Below are positions 38,237-49,182 of a stretch of DNA of 64,000 nt, one piece after another. The notes beneath the pieces were generated by a model. The model saw nothing but the letters and a program-made list of their open reading frames with translations. It had not been told where the DNA came from and did no database searches. The stretch's first letter is position 1. The number at the start of each line of letters is the position of its first letter. The DNA is from Gammaproteobacteria bacterium (lineage in GTDB: Bacteria > Pseudomonadota > Gammaproteobacteria > Natronospirales > REEB76), in contig JAGWOR010000001.1 in assembly GCA_028870845.1 (NCBI GenBank), positions 58,770 to 122,769 of the forward strand. Reading direction: 5' to 3'. Made by a program: the position numbers and the translations under genes.

Positions 38237-38686
38237 ATGTTCCGTGGCGTAAACAACCTGACGCTGGATGCCAAAGGCCGGCTGGCAATTCCGGCCCGAT
38301 ACCGCGCGCCACTCATGGAAACATGCCAAGGCCAGATGGTGGTCACCATCGACCGCGGCTATTACCTGCTGATCTATCCCATGCCGGCCTGGGAAGACAT
38401 TGAGCACAAGCTCGTGAATCTGCCAAGCCTGCATCCACAAGTGCGCGAACTGCAGCGTCTGCTGGTGGGGCATGCCACCGAAGTCAGCATGGATGGCCAT
38501 GGCCGGGTGTTGCTGCCACCGGCATTGCGTGAATTTGCCCGCCTGGAGCGCGACGTGGTGTTGCTCGGGCTGATGAACAAATTTGAGTTGTGGGACAAAG
38601 CCACATGGGATGCACGGCGGGAAAACAGTCTTGCCGGCGAGCACGGTGGCGGACTACCGGAGGAGCTGGCCCGGCTTTCCTTGTGA
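38237..38686 (+). CDS. mraZ: division/cell wall cluster transcriptional regulator MraZ
   Basis: 149 aa with a duplicated SpoVT/AbrB-like motif: MFRGVNNLTLDAKGRLAIPARYR and MDGHGRVLLPPALREFA. Confidence 0.95.
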   Translation: MFRGVNNLTLDAKGRLAIPARYRAPLMETCQGQMVVTIDRGYYLLIYPMPAWEDIEHKLVNLPSLHPQVRELQRLLVGHATEVSMDGHGRVLLPPALREFARLERDVVLLGLMNKFELWDKATWDARRENSLAGEHGGGLPEELARLSL

Positions 38687-38691
38687 GCCGT

Positions 38692-39627
38692 ATGCCAGCC
38701 GGAAACAGCCATCGACCGGTGTTCTTGCAGGAGGCGGTGGCCGGGCTTGCGATACAGCCTGAGGGCATCTATGTGGACGGGACCTATGGGCGCGGCGGGC
38801 ACAGCCGCGAAATCGTCGCGCAGCTTGGTCCGCGTGGCCGGTTGATTGCGATCGATCGCGATCCCGAAGCGGTTGCTGCCGGTAAAAGTGCGTGGCTGGG
38901 TGACCAGCGGGTTGTGATCTACAGAGGTGCATTTTCCATGCTGGAAAGGATAGCGCAGCAAGAGGGTGTATCTGGACGAGTGAACGGCGTGCTGCTGGAT
39001 CTGGGTGTTTCCTCAAACCAGCTGGATGATCCAAAGCGGGGCTTCAGCTTTCAGCATGACGGGCCGCTGGATATGCGCATGGATCCTGATTCCGGAGAGA
39101 GCGTGGCCGCATGGCTGAATCGCGCCACGCAGGAGGAAATCGCGGAGATCATTCGCACCTATGGCGAGGAACGTTACGCCGGCCGGATTGCACGCGCCAT
39201 CGTCGGGTCCAGGGGAAATGCTCCGCTCACCGGCAGCCAACAGCTCGCGCAGATCGTGAGCGCGGCGGTGCCTTCGCGCGAGCGCCATAAACATCCCGCC
39301 ACACGCACATTCCAGGCCCTGCGTATTTTCATCAACCGTGAAATCGACGAACTGCGTGCCGCCCTGGATCAGTGCCTGCGGGTACTGGCTCCTAAAGCCC
39401 GGCTGGCGGTCATCAGTTTTCATTCCCTTGAAGACCGTCTGGTAAAACGTTTCATTCGCGATCACAGCCGCGAGGCTCCACCGGATAAACGCATGCCCTG
39501 GCTGCAGCAATCAGCGCCACCATTGCTCAAGCCGGTTGGCAAGGCGATACGCCCCCAAGATGAGGAAATTGCCGCGAATGTGCGCGCCCGCAGCGCCATC
39601 CTGCGGATCGCCGAGCGTGCGGCATGA
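38692..39627 (+). CDS. rsmH: 16S rRNA (cytosine1402-N4)-methyltransferase RsmH
   Basis: The motifs are HRPVFLQEAV, DGTYGRGGHS, DLGVSSNQLD and FHSLEDR. The alternative start is GTG 38683, which overlaps the mraZ stop. Confidence 0.93.
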   Translation: MPAGNSHRPVFLQEAVAGLAIQPEGIYVDGTYGRGGHSREIVAQLGPRGRLIAIDRDPEAVAAGKSAWLGDQRVVIYRGAFSMLERIAQQEGVSGRVNGVLLDLGVSSNQLDDPKRGFSFQHDGPLDMRMDPDSGESVAAWLNRATQEEIAEIIRTYGEERYAGRIARAIVGSRGNAPLTGSQQLAQIVSAAVPSRERHKHPATRTFQALRIFINREIDELRAALDQCLRVLAPKARLAVISFHSLEDRLVKRFIRDHSREAPPDKRMPWLQQSAPPLLKPVGKAIRPQDEEIAANVRARSAILRIAERAA

Positions 39628-39893
39628 AGCTTACCCGCGCAATATTGGCATTGCTGATAGCCGCAGTTTTCCTGAGCGCGCTCGCGGTCATTGACGCCAG
39701 GCATGAAAACCGCGTGCTGTTTGCCCAATTGCAGCAGTTGCGTCAGCAACGCGACCATATCAATGTCGTGTGGGGGCAATTGCTGCTGGAGCAGAGCACC
39801 TGGTCCACGCATGCCCGCGTTGAACAGATTGCCACGCAAAAACTGGGCATGGAAATGCCCGCACACCCCGAAATCGTGGTGCTGCAGCCGTGA
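39624..39893 (+). CDS. ftsL: cell division protein FtsL
   Basis: 89 aa and bitopic (TM ILALLIAAVFLSALAVI), with a leucine-zipper-like region. It lies between rsmH and ftsI with 4-nt overlaps on both sides. Confidence 0.85.
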   Translation: MKLTRAILALLIAAVFLSALAVIDARHENRVLFAQLQQLRQQRDHINVVWGQLLLEQSTWSTHARVEQIATQKLGMEMPAHPEIVVLQP

Positions 39894-41608
39894 ATCGCGA
39901 ACCCGGAGCGAGCTCCTGGAACTGGCGCAGCCTGCTGGTATTGGGCATTGTCAGCCTGACAGCGGCAGCTTTGTCCGGGCGCGCGATCTACCTGCAGACG
40001 CTGGATAACCGGTTTTTGCAGGACCAGGGCAAAGAACGCCATCTGCGTGTGCTGCAGATTCCGGCTCACCGCGGCATGATATTGGACCGCAACGGCCAAC
40101 CCATGGCCGTCAGCACGCCGGTGGATTCCATTTGGATGGATCCGCAGGAAATCGCTTCAGCCATTGGACGCATCCCGCAGCTGGCCAAGACGCTCGGCAT
40201 GCACAGCCATGAAATTCTGAAGCTGCTGGCGCAAAATCGTGACAAGGAGTTTGTCTATCTGGTGCGCGGCATGGATCCCTATGTTGCGCAACGGGTGCTG
40301 GCACTGGATATTCCCGGTGTCTACAGCCAGCGTGAATACCGCCGTTATTACCCCGCCGGGGAAGTGACTTCCCAGGTGCTGGGTTTTACCAATGTGGACG
40401 ACCTGGGGCAGGAAGGCCTGGAGCTCAGCTATAACAGCTGGCTGCGGGGAATTCCGGGTGCAGAACGGGTGATCGTGGATCGCTTCGGGCATTCGGTACA
40501 GGACGTGGAAAGCCTGCGCACACCACGGCCCGGCAAGGACCTGGTGACCAGCATCGATTTGCGCGTGCAATACCTGGCCTACCGCGCCCTCAAACAGGCC
40601 GTGCTGGAACAGGGCGCGGAATCCGGATCCATCATTGTCATGGACGCCAGGACCGGAGAAATACTGGCCATGGCTAATCAGCCTTCATTCAATCCTAACA
40701 ACCGCGAGGATTACCAGCCCCGGGCGTACCGCAACCGGGCGGTGACCGATCAATTCGAGCCCGGTTCCAGCATGAAGCCGTTCACAATCATGGCGGCGCT
40801 GCTTTCGGGACGCTATACCCCGAATACTTATATAAACACTACTCCGGGCTACTACAAAATAGCCGGTTATACCATTCGTGATGACGCCGATTACGGCGAT
40901 ATCGACCTGACCACCATACTGGAGAAATCCAGCAACGTGGGCGCCAGCAAGATTGCCCTGACACTCCAGCCGCAACTGTTGTGGAACACGCTTACGGCGT
41001 TCGGCTTCGGACATGTGACCGACAGCGGCTTCCCCGGCGAAGTACCCGGATACCTGCCTGATTACCGCAGCTGGTCGCAGGCTCGCCAGGCCACCATTTC
41101 GTACGGTTACGGTATCGCAGTGACCGCACTGCAGCTCGCCAATGCCTACGACATCATTGCCGACAACGGCGTCAGCATCCCGCCGACCTTCGTGCATCCG
41201 GATGCGCCGCCCACCGGACAGCAGGTGATCTCGGCGAATATGGCGGTGACCCTGCGGCACATGCTGGAAACCGTGGTTTCCAACGAAGGCACCGGCAAGC
41301 TCGCGAACGTGGCTGGCTACCACATCGCCGGCAAGACCGGCACTGCGCATATCGCCGAGAACGGGGGTTATTTGCCCAACGATTATTATTCAGTGTTCAC
41401 CGGTATCGCGCCCGCCACGGATCCGCGGCTGGTGACCGTGGTGGTGATCCGCGCGCCCAGCCGCGGGCAGTACTACGCCGCCACCGTCGCGGCGCCGGTT
41501 TTTGCCCGCGTCATGAGCGGCGCTTTGCGTCTGCTGGACATCCCGCCGGATGATTTGAGCAATCTCACCACAACTGCCTACGTGGTCAGACTGGGGCATG
41601 CCTCATGA
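39890..41608 (+). CDS. ftsI: peptidoglycan D,D-transpeptidase FtsI (PBP3)
   Basis: 572 aa with SxxK (GSSMKPF), SxN (SSN) and KTG (GKTGTA) motifs. Confidence 0.95.
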   Translation: MNREPGASSWNWRSLLVLGIVSLTAAALSGRAIYLQTLDNRFLQDQGKERHLRVLQIPAHRGMILDRNGQPMAVSTPVDSIWMDPQEIASAIGRIPQLAKTLGMHSHEILKLLAQNRDKEFVYLVRGMDPYVAQRVLALDIPGVYSQREYRRYYPAGEVTSQVLGFTNVDDLGQEGLELSYNSWLRGIPGAERVIVDRFGHSVQDVESLRTPRPGKDLVTSIDLRVQYLAYRALKQAVLEQGAESGSIIVMDARTGEILAMANQPSFNPNNREDYQPRAYRNRAVTDQFEPGSSMKPFTIMAALLSGRYTPNTYINTTPGYYKIAGYTIRDDADYGDIDLTTILEKSSNVGASKIALTLQPQLLWNTLTAFGFGHVTDSGFPGEVPGYLPDYRSWSQARQATISYGYGIAVTALQLANAYDIIADNGVSIPPTFVHPDAPPTGQQVISANMAVTLRHMLETVVSNEGTGKLANVAGYHIAGKTGTAHIAENGGYLPNDYYSVFTGIAPATDPRLVTVVVIRAPSRGQYYAATVAAPVFARVMSGALRLLDIPPDDLSNLTTTAYVVRLGHAS

Positions 41609-43119
41609 CGGCGCAAGCCCGCAGCCTGAGTGGCGTCAGTCTTGCGCAGGTCATGGGGGGCGTAGCCAAGATTCCGCCGGAGCGCGATCTGATGTTACAG
41701 GGACTGACCCTGGACAGTCGCAGGATTCGTTCCGGTTACCTGTTTCTCGCCTGCCGCGGACAGCAGCACCATGGGCTGGAATTCATGATGGAGGCACGCC
41801 GGCGGGGAGCGGTGGCGGTGGCCTATGATCCGGACGGCGCGGTTGAATACCTGGCGTCGCTCAGGGATTTCCCGGCTTACGCCGTGCGCGATCTGCAGCA
41901 GCACGCCGGCCCCATGGCCGCGCGCTTTTACGCGGACCCATCCGCCGCCCAGACGGTGATCGCCGTCACCGGCACCAATGGCAAGACCTCCGTGAGCCAG
42001 ATCGTTGCCCAGGCACTCACCGGCCTGGGCACGCCGTGCGGAGTGCTGGGCACGCTGGGATACGGCGTGTTTGGCGATCTGGAAATTCCCAGTCATACCA
42101 CCCCCGACGCGGTCAGTGTGCAAGGCTGGCTGGCGCGATTCCGCGATCGCGGCGTGCAGCATGTCAGCATGGAAGCGTCCAGCCACGCCCTCGACCAGGG
42201 ACGGCTGTCCGGCGTGCATGTTGCGGTGGCGGTGTTTACCAATCTGACCCGCGACCACCTGGACTACCACCCCGATATGCAGAGTTATGGCGCCGCCAAG
42301 CGCCGCCTGTTCGGGATGCCGGGCTTGAAGCACGCGGTGGTCAACCTGGATGATGACTTCGGCAGGCAACTGCCGGCCGGGCTGAGCCAGGCCATCGGTT
42401 GCACCGGCTATACGCTGGAGCCCGGGCGCGTGTTCGCCGGCAAACTTCTGCGTGCCACGCATGTCAGCCTGCATGCCGGGGGAACGCGCTTCGATGTGGA
42501 GGGCAGTTTCGGTACAGGGCACGTGCAATCCCGGCTGCTGGGCGCGTTTAACGTGGGCAACCTGTTGGCGGTGCTGGGTGTGCTGCTGGCGCTGGAGGTT
42601 CCGTTTGGCCAGGCATTGCGCGTGATTGAAAACGCTCAGACCGTGCCCGGCCGCATGGAGTGTTTCGGTGGCGGTGGCCGGCCGCTGGTGGTCGTGGACT
42701 ATGCGCATACGCCGGATGCCCTGGAAAAGGCACTGCAGGTGTCACGCGCCCATTGCCGCGGGCTTTTGAGCTGCATATTTGGCTGCGGTGGCGAGCGCGA
42801 CCGCGGCAAGCGAGCGCAGATGGGCGCCATCGCCGCCAGGCTCGCAGACAAGATCATCCTCACCGACGACAACCCGCGCCATGAAAACGGCGATGCCATC
42901 ATCCGGGAAATCCTGGCCGGAATCGGCGCTTTCGGCGGAGTTCAAATACAACGTGATCGCGCACGGGCCGTGCGTCAGGCGGTTGAGAGCGCCGCGGCTG
43001 GAGACGTGGTGCTGGTGGCCGGCAAAGGCCATGAAACCTATCAGGTGGTGGGCGATGAGCAGCTCGCCTACAGCGATCGTGAGACGGTGGCGGGTTTGCT
43101 GCGCCAGGTGACTGCATGA
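41605..43119 (+). CDS. murE: UDP-N-acetylmuramoyl-L-alanyl-D-glutamate--2,6-diaminopimelate ligase MurE
   Basis: 504 aa with the Mur ligase P-loop VTGTNGKTS and DNPR near the C-terminus (meso-DAP type). Confidence 0.95.
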   Translation: MTAQARSLSGVSLAQVMGGVAKIPPERDLMLQGLTLDSRRIRSGYLFLACRGQQHHGLEFMMEARRRGAVAVAYDPDGAVEYLASLRDFPAYAVRDLQQHAGPMAARFYADPSAAQTVIAVTGTNGKTSVSQIVAQALTGLGTPCGVLGTLGYGVFGDLEIPSHTTPDAVSVQGWLARFRDRGVQHVSMEASSHALDQGRLSGVHVAVAVFTNLTRDHLDYHPDMQSYGAAKRRLFGMPGLKHAVVNLDDDFGRQLPAGLSQAIGCTGYTLEPGRVFAGKLLRATHVSLHAGGTRFDVEGSFGTGHVQSRLLGAFNVGNLLAVLGVLLALEVPFGQALRVIENAQTVPGRMECFGGGGRPLVVVDYAHTPDALEKALQVSRAHCRGLLSCIFGCGGERDRGKRAQMGAIAARLADKIILTDDNPRHENGDAIIREILAGIGAFGGVQIQRDRARAVRQAVESAAAGDVVLVAGKGHETYQVVGDEQLAYSDRETVAGLLRQVTA

Positions 43120-44498
43120 ACAAGCGGCGTTTGTCCGATGTGGCCGCAGTCACCGGCGGCAAGCTGGTGGGACAGGACGCTGAGTTCCTGCGGGTCAGCA
43201 CCGACACCCGCCGGATCGAGGCAGGCGACCTGTTTGTGGCCTTACACGGGCCGAATTTCAACGGCCACGATTTTGTGTTACAGGCGGAAAAACTCGGCGC
43301 CAAGGGCGCGTTGGTGGAACACCCGATACTCAGCCACCTGCCTCAGGTGGTGGTACGCGACTCGCGCAAGGCTTTGGGTGCGTATGCAGCGCACTGGCGT
43401 GCCCAGTTCAGCATCCCGGTGATCGGTATCACCGGCTCCAACGGCAAGACCACGGTCAAGGAGATGATCACCAGCATTATGCGCCGGCGGCGGGTCACGC
43501 TGGCCACCCGCGGCAACATGAACAACGACATCGGTGTGCCGCTGACCCTGCTGGAACTGGAGGATAAGTATCGCGCGGCGGTTATTGAAATGGGCACCAA
43601 TCATCCTGGTGAAATCGCCTATCTTGCCTCCGTGACCTCGGCCAATGTCGGTGTGGTGACCAATGCGGGTGCCGCCCACCTGGAGGCGCTCGGTAGCATC
43701 CAGGGCGTGGCCATGGAAAAGGGCGCGCTGTATTCAGGCCTGCGCGCCAATGGCATTGCCGTCATCAACGAGGATGACGCGTATGCCGGGCTCTGGCATG
43801 AGATGGCCGGTAAGCGCATTCAGCGCAGTTTCGGTGTCGACGAACGCGCCGATTTTCATCCGCGCCCAGGTTCAGTCAAACAGCTGTCTACCGGCGTATG
43901 GGCTTTCCGGCTGGTGTCGCCGGCCGGGGAAGCCAGTATCCAGCTGTCGCTTCCCGGACGGCATAACGTGCTTAATGCATTGGCGGCCGCCGCAACCGCG
44001 AGTTGTGCGGGCGCCAGCCTCGACGATGTCATGAGCGGGCTGGCGAACACGCCGAATATCGGCGGCCGCTTGAATGTGGTTCCGGGTGCGCGTGGCAGCC
44101 GTCTGATTGACGATACCTACAACGCCAATCCCCAGTCACTCAAGGCGGCCATGGAGTTCGCCATCAGCCTGGGGGATCCGGTATGGCTGGTGCTGGGCGA
44201 TATGGCCGAGCTGGGAGAAAACGGCGCCACTTTACATGCCGATTGCGGTGAACTGGCGCGCCTGCTTGGAGTCGCCCGGCTGTTCAGTTTCGGCAGCCTG
44301 AGCCTGCACGCCACCGAACGTTTCGGCAAGGGCGCACAGCATTTTGTAAACCGTGATGCCCTGGTGACAGCGTTGCGCAGCAACCTGCGTCAAGGAATCA
44401 GCCTGCTGATCAAGGGGTCGCGCAGCATGCATATGGAGCGCGTGGTGGAGGGCCTGCGGGCGCCCCAAGTCGTAGACAAAACCCTGGGAGTTGACTGA
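43116..44498 (+). CDS. murF: UDP-N-acetylmuramoyl-tripeptide--D-alanyl-D-alanine ligase MurF
   Basis: 460 aa with ITGSNGKTT. It sits in the expected position of the dcw cluster. Confidence 0.95.
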   Translation: MNKRRLSDVAAVTGGKLVGQDAEFLRVSTDTRRIEAGDLFVALHGPNFNGHDFVLQAEKLGAKGALVEHPILSHLPQVVVRDSRKALGAYAAHWRAQFSIPVIGITGSNGKTTVKEMITSIMRRRRVTLATRGNMNNDIGVPLTLLELEDKYRAAVIEMGTNHPGEIAYLASVTSANVGVVTNAGAAHLEALGSIQGVAMEKGALYSGLRANGIAVINEDDAYAGLWHEMAGKRIQRSFGVDERADFHPRPGSVKQLSTGVWAFRLVSPAGEASIQLSLPGRHNVLNALAAAATASCAGASLDDVMSGLANTPNIGGRLNVVPGARGSRLIDDTYNANPQSLKAAMEFAISLGDPVWLVLGDMAELGENGATLHADCGELARLLGVARLFSFGSLSLHATERFGKGAQHFVNRDALVTALRSNLRQGISLLIKGSRSMHMERVVEGLRAPQVVDKTLGVD

Positions 44499-44501
44499 AC
44501 C

Positions 44502-45584
44502 ATGCTGTTATTCCTGAGTGAATATCTGATGCGGTTCGATTCATCGTTCCACGTATTTTCCTATCTGACTTTGCGCGCCATTCTGGGGGTGCTGACCGCG
44601 CTGCTGCTCTCGTTCATCACCGGCCCCGGCATGATCAAGCGCTTGAACACTCTGCAGATCGGCCAGCGGGTGCGCCGGGACGGGCCAAGCACGCATCTTG
44701 CCAAGGCTGGCACGCCCACCATGGGCGGCACCTTGATACTGGTCACCATCATCGTCACCGCGCTGCTGTGGTCGGACTTGCGCAACCGCTACGTATGGGT
44801 GCTGATCGGTGTCACCTCGATGTTCGGACTCATCGGTTTTGTGGATGATTACAAGAAACTGGTGTTGCGGAATTCCAAGGGCCTGTCGGCGGGCAGTAAA
44901 TATCTGCTGCAGTCGGTGGCGGGACTCGTGGCGGCCATCGCCCTGTATGTTGGCCACCGTGACCCCGCGGAAATCGAATATATCGTGCCTTTGTTGAAGC
45001 ACGTAGCGGTGAATTTCGGCGGCTTTTACATCCTCATCACCTATTTCGTGGTGGTCGGCATGAGCAACGCGGTGAACCTCACCGACGGCCTGGATGGGCT
45101 TGCCATCATGCCGGCGGTGATGGTGGGCGGCGCGCTTGGGGTATTCGGCTACGCGTCCGGCAACTTCAACTTCGCCCACTACCTGACCATTCCCTATCTG
45201 CCCGGCGCCGGTGAGATCGTGGTGTATTGCGGCGCGCTGGTGGGCGCCGGACTCGGTTTCCTGTGGTTTAACGCCTATCCAGCGCAGGTGTTCATGGGCG
45301 ATGTGGGCGCGCTGGCGCTGGGCGCGGCGCTCGGAACGCTGGGCGTGATCGTGCGCCAGGAGATCGTGCTGTTCATCATGGGCGGGGTGTTTGTGGTAGA
45401 GACCGCATCCGTGATCCTGCAGGTTGGCTCCTTCAAGTTCACGGGCCGGCGGCTGTTCCGCATGGCGCCGCTGCACCATCATTTTGAACTCAAGGGCTGG
45501 CCGGAACCCAGGGTCATCGTGCGGTTCTGGATCATCACCGTGATCCTGGTGCTCATCGGCCTGTCCATGCTCAAGGTGCGATGA
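44502..45584 (+). CDS. mraY: phospho-N-acetylmuramoyl-pentapeptide-transferase MraY
   Basis: 360 aa and polytopic, with [13 protein letters not shown] and [10 protein letters not shown]. Confidence 0.95.
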   Translation: MLLFLSEYLMRFDSSFHVFSYLTLRAILGVLTALLLSFITGPGMIKRLNTLQIGQRVRRDGPSTHLAKAGTPTMGGTLILVTIIVTALLWSDLRNRYVWVLIGVTSMFGLIGFVDDYKKLVLRNSKGLSAGSKYLLQSVAGLVAAIALYVGHRDPAEIEYIVPLLKHVAVNFGGFYILITYFVVVGMSNAVNLTDGLDGLAIMPAVMVGGALGVFGYASGNFNFAHYLTIPYLPGAGEIVVYCGALVGAGLGFLWFNAYPAQVFMGDVGALALGAALGTLGVIVRQEIVLFIMGGVFVVETASVILQVGSFKFTGRRLFRMAPLHHHFELKGWPEPRVIVRFWIITVILVLIGLSMLKVR

Positions 45585-46936
45585 AGATGCAGGTGCAATA
45601 TTCCCAGCAGCGACCACGCACCCTCATCGTCGGGCTCGGCAAGACCGGCGTGTCGTGCGCCCGGTTTCTAGCCGGCCACGGTGTGGAAGTCGCGGTTACC
45701 GACAGCCGCGAGCAGCCGCCCGGGCTCACGGAACTGCATACCCTGGTGCCGGAGGCGGCGGTGTTTTTGGGCGGCTTTTCCGAGGAGGCGCTCAAGCGCG
45801 CCGATCAGGTGGTGCTGTCTCCGGGAGTCGCCGCCAATACCCCGTTCGTCGCCAGGGCGCGCGGCTTGGGCTTGCCGGTGTTCGGCGACATCGAGCTGTT
45901 CGCCCGCCAGGCAAAGGCGCCGGTAGTGGCGGTCACCGGTTCGAACGGCAAGAGCACGGTGACCACGCTGGTGGGGCGCATGGCGGAACGCGCCGGACTG
46001 GAAGTGCGGGTAGGCGGCAATCTGGGCACACCCGCGTTGGACCTTATCCGGGACCGGGAACCGCAGCTGTATGTGCTGGAACTCTCCAGTTTTCAGCTGG
46101 AAATCACCAGTTCGCTGCAATGCGTGGCGGCCACGGTGCTCAACGTCTCGCCCGACCATTTGGACCGCTACGCCACATTTGCGGATTATGCCGCCGCCAA
46201 AGCCCGCATATATAACCACTGCGATACCGCGGTGGTGAACCGCGACGACGCCCTGGTGAACGGCATGCCACAGCCCGGGCAAAAGCGGGTGAGCTTCGGT
46301 CTGCAGGCGCCGCAACACCGGGACTACGGCGTAATCACCCGGGCGGGTGAGCGCTGGCTCGCGCATGGCGGCCAGGCGCTGCTGCGGGCGGGCGAACTGC
46401 TTATCCATGGTGAACACAATTTGTCCAACGCGCTTGCAGCTTTGGCACTGGCTGAGGCTGCGGGCATGCCGGTGGCGGCCACGCTGGAAGCCCTAAGAAG
46501 CTTTCCCGGTCTGCCGCACCGCATGCAGCACGTGGCCACCATCCACGAGGTGGATTATTACGACGATTCCAAAGGCACCAATCTCGGCGCCACGCTGGCC
46601 GCAGTCTCCGGACTGTCCGGCCCGCTGGTATTGATCGCTGGTGGCGACGGCAAACACCAGGACTTCACAGCTCTGGCGCCGGCGCTCAAAGGCAAGGCGC
46701 GCGCGGTGGTGCTGCTGGGAAAGGACGCCGACACCATCGCCGCGGTGCTGAAGGGCAAGCTGCCGGTGCAGTCGGTGAAAGACATGCAGTCAGCCGTGCG
46801 CACGGCGGCTTCGCTCGCCCGGCCAGGGGACCTGGTTTTGCTGTCCCCGGCCTGTTCCAGTCTCGACATGTTTGAAAATTTTGAACACCGCGGACGCATG
46901 TTTGCCCAGGCGGTGAGGGGACTTGCCGATGGCTGA
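45581..46936 (+). CDS. murD: UDP-N-acetylmuramoylalanine--D-glutamate ligase MurD
   Basis: 451 aa with GLGKTG and VTGSNGKST. Confidence 0.95.
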   Translation: MKMQVQYSQQRPRTLIVGLGKTGVSCARFLAGHGVEVAVTDSREQPPGLTELHTLVPEAAVFLGGFSEEALKRADQVVLSPGVAANTPFVARARGLGLPVFGDIELFARQAKAPVVAVTGSNGKSTVTTLVGRMAERAGLEVRVGGNLGTPALDLIRDREPQLYVLELSSFQLEITSSLQCVAATVLNVSPDHLDRYATFADYAAAKARIYNHCDTAVVNRDDALVNGMPQPGQKRVSFGLQAPQHRDYGVITRAGERWLAHGGQALLRAGELLIHGEHNLSNALAALALAEAAGMPVAATLEALRSFPGLPHRMQHVATIHEVDYYDDSKGTNLGATLAAVSGLSGPLVLIAGGDGKHQDFTALAPALKGKARAVVLLGKDADTIAAVLKGKLPVQSVKDMQSAVRTAASLARPGDLVLLSPACSSLDMFENFEHRGRMFAQAVRGLADG

Positions 46937-48095
46937 AGCCAAACCAATCGCTGGCGCGTTCCGGGTTCCGGCACCCGACCAGGTGCTGCTGTTCACCTCC
47001 GCGGTGATTCTGGCCGTGGGCCTGGTGATGGTGGCATCCGCGTCCATTACCCTGGCCGACAAACTCACCGGCAATCCTTTCTATTTCCTGGAACGACAGC
47101 TGGTGTTCGCGGTCGCAGGCTTTGTGATAGCCGCCGCGGCATATTCAATTCCATTGGATTTATGGCAACGCACCAGTTTTTTAATTCTGTTGGCGGCGCT
47201 GGCAATGCTGGCGATTGTGCTGGTGCCGGGAATCGGGCGGCATGTGAACGGCAGCATCCGTTGGGTGGTGCTGGGCCCGTTCCGGGTACAGGTGTCGGAA
47301 CCGGCGCGTATGCTGATTCTTATATATATAGCCAGCTACTGCATGCGCAGGCATACTGAACTGGCCACCCGCTTCACTGGTTCGCTAAAACCCATGCTGG
47401 TGGTGGCCCTGGCAGCGCTGCTGTTGCTGGCGGAGCCGGATTTTGGCGCTGCCATGGTGCTGATCGCCACCACCATGGCCATGCTGTTTTTCGCCGGTGC
47501 GCGCCTGCGGGATTTTGCGGTGTTTGCCCTGCTTGGCTTGACCGGCTTCGTGGTGCTGGCGGTGGCCTCGCCTTACCGCCTGGAACGCATCACCGGCTTC
47601 CTGCATCCCTGGAGTCACCCGTTCGACAGCGGCTTTCAGCTCACTCAGTCGCTGATCGCGATCGGTCGCGGCGGATTCTTCGGCGTTGGACTCGGCGAGA
47701 GCGTGCAGAAACTGTTTTATCTGCCGGAAGCCCACACCGATTTCCTGTTCGCGGTGCTGGCCGAGGAACTTGGCCTGCTCGGCTGCATGGTGGTGCTGAC
47801 CCTGTATTTCATATTCACCTGGCGCGCCATCGCCATTGCACGCCAGGCGGCCCGAAAAAACCAGATGTTCAACGCCTATCTGGCATTCGGCCTGGGTTTA
47901 TGGGTCGGGCTGCAGGCGTTCATCAACATGGGCGTGAACATGGGCGTGCTCCCTACCAAGGGCTTGACCTTGCCGCTCATGAGCTATGGCGGCAGCAGTC
48001 TGGTGGTGGTATGCGCTGCCATCGGATTGATATTGCGCGTACACCGGGAAGCCCGAGAGGGCCGCGCCTGGCAGGCACAACAGGCAGCGGCATGA
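46923..48095 (+). CDS. ftsW: peptidoglycan glycosyltransferase / cell division protein FtsW (SEDS)
   Basis: 390 aa, a polytopic SEDS protein (LPEAHTDFLFAVLAEELG, LPLMSYGGSS). Confidence 0.95.
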   Translation: MPMAEAKPIAGAFRVPAPDQVLLFTSAVILAVGLVMVASASITLADKLTGNPFYFLERQLVFAVAGFVIAAAAYSIPLDLWQRTSFLILLAALAMLAIVLVPGIGRHVNGSIRWVVLGPFRVQVSEPARMLILIYIASYCMRRHTELATRFTGSLKPMLVVALAALLLLAEPDFGAAMVLIATTMAMLFFAGARLRDFAVFALLGLTGFVVLAVASPYRLERITGFLHPWSHPFDSGFQLTQSLIAIGRGGFFGVGLGESVQKLFYLPEAHTDFLFAVLAEELGLLGCMVVLTLYFIFTWRAIAIARQAARKNQMFNAYLAFGLGLWVGLQAFINMGVNMGVLPTKGLTLPLMSYGGSSLVVVCAAIGLILRVHREAREGRAWQAQQAAA

Positions 48096-48105
48096 AGGGA
48101 GGCCA

Positions 48106-49182
48106 ATGAAAATCGTGATCATGGCGGGCGGCACAGGCGGTCACGTATTCCCGGCATTGGCGGTGGCGGAAGTACTGCGCGCGCGCGGCCATGATCTGGT
48201 TTGGCTGGGCACGCGCGCCGGACTGGAAGCGCGCATCGCGGCGGGCGCCGGCATCAGCATGGCCTGGATCAGCGTGGGCGGATTGCGTGGCAAAGGCGTG
48301 ACAACCCTGCTGAAAGCACCGTTCGTGCTGGCGCGCGCCGTGTTGCAAGCCGTCGGTGCATTGCGGCGCTACCGGCCCCAGGTTGCCTTGGGTATGGGCG
48401 GATACGCCAGTGGCCCCGGGGGACTGGCGGCGCGGTTGCTGGGCTGTCCGCTGGTTCTGCATGAGCAAAACGCGGTACCGGGACTGACCAACCGGGTACT
48501 CAGCCATATGGCGGCCACGGTCCTGGAAGGATTTCCCGGCAGCTTCATTGCCTCGCGTCATGCAGTGTATGTGGGAAACCCGGTGCGCTCCGGCATTGAA
48601 CGCCTGCCGCTTCCCGAGGCCCGATTCGCGGAACGTGGTGGCCAGCCGCGCCTGCTGGTGGTGGGGGGCAGCCAGGGGGCCCACCTGCTCAACGAGATGG
48701 CGCCGCGGGCCATCGCAGAGCTGCAGCCAGGGCTTCGACCCGAAGTCTGGCATCAAACCGGCGCGCGCGACGCGCAGCAGGTGGCGCGGACCTACGCAGA
48801 ACTTGGCATGACGGCGCGCGTCTCAGCCTTCATTGATGACATGGCTGCGGCTTACGGGTGGGCAGACCTTGCCTTGTGCAGGGCTGGCGCGCTCACGGTC
48901 TCCGAACTGGCTGCCGCAGGCCTGGGGTCGCTGTTGGTGCCGTTCGCCGCGGCCGTCGACGATCACCAAACCCGCAATGCGGCATTTCTTGTGGACGCCG
49001 GTGCAGCGCTGATGCTGCCGGAGACGCAATTGACGCCGCCTGAGCTGGCGAGGTCGCTGGCCGCTCTGCTGCGCGACCGCAGCAGGCTGCTGGACATGGC
49101 CAGACGCGCACGCCAACGAGCCAAAACCAACGCCGCCGAAATCGTGGCCGATGCCTGTGTGCAGGCCGGAGGTCTGGCATGA
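48106..49182 (+). CDS. murG: undecaprenyldiphospho-muramoylpentapeptide beta-N-acetylglucosaminyltransferase MurG
   Basis: 358 aa with [16 protein letters not shown] and HQTRNA. Confidence 0.95.
   Translation: MKIVIMAGGTGGHVFPALAVAEVLRARGHDLVWLGTRAGLEARIAAGAGISMAWISVGGLRGKGVTTLLKAPFVLARAVLQAVGALRRYRPQVALGMGGYASGPGGLAARLLGCPLVLHEQNAVPGLTNRVLSHMAATVLEGFPGSFIASRHAVYVGNPVRSGIERLPLPEARFAERGGQPRLLVVGGSQGAHLLNEMAPRAIAELQPGLRPEVWHQTGARDAQQVARTYAELGMTARVSAFIDDMAAAYGWADLALCRAGALTVSELAAAGLGSLLVPFAAAVDDHQTRNAAFLVDAGAALMLPETQLTPPELARSLAALLRDRSRLLDMARRARQRAKTNAAEIVADACVQAGGLA

Noticed and set aside
41695-45617. Long antisense ORFs opposite murE (337 aa) and mraY (358 aa). Similar ones lie opposite ftsA (51510-52526), ftsZ (52633-53784), petB (23517-24449) and the sspB-macro region (26379-27548).
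   Set aside because: Each overlaps a gene with clear family motifs on the other strand. They are Arg/Gly/His/Ala-rich with no recognisable domains, so they are high-GC frame artefacts.
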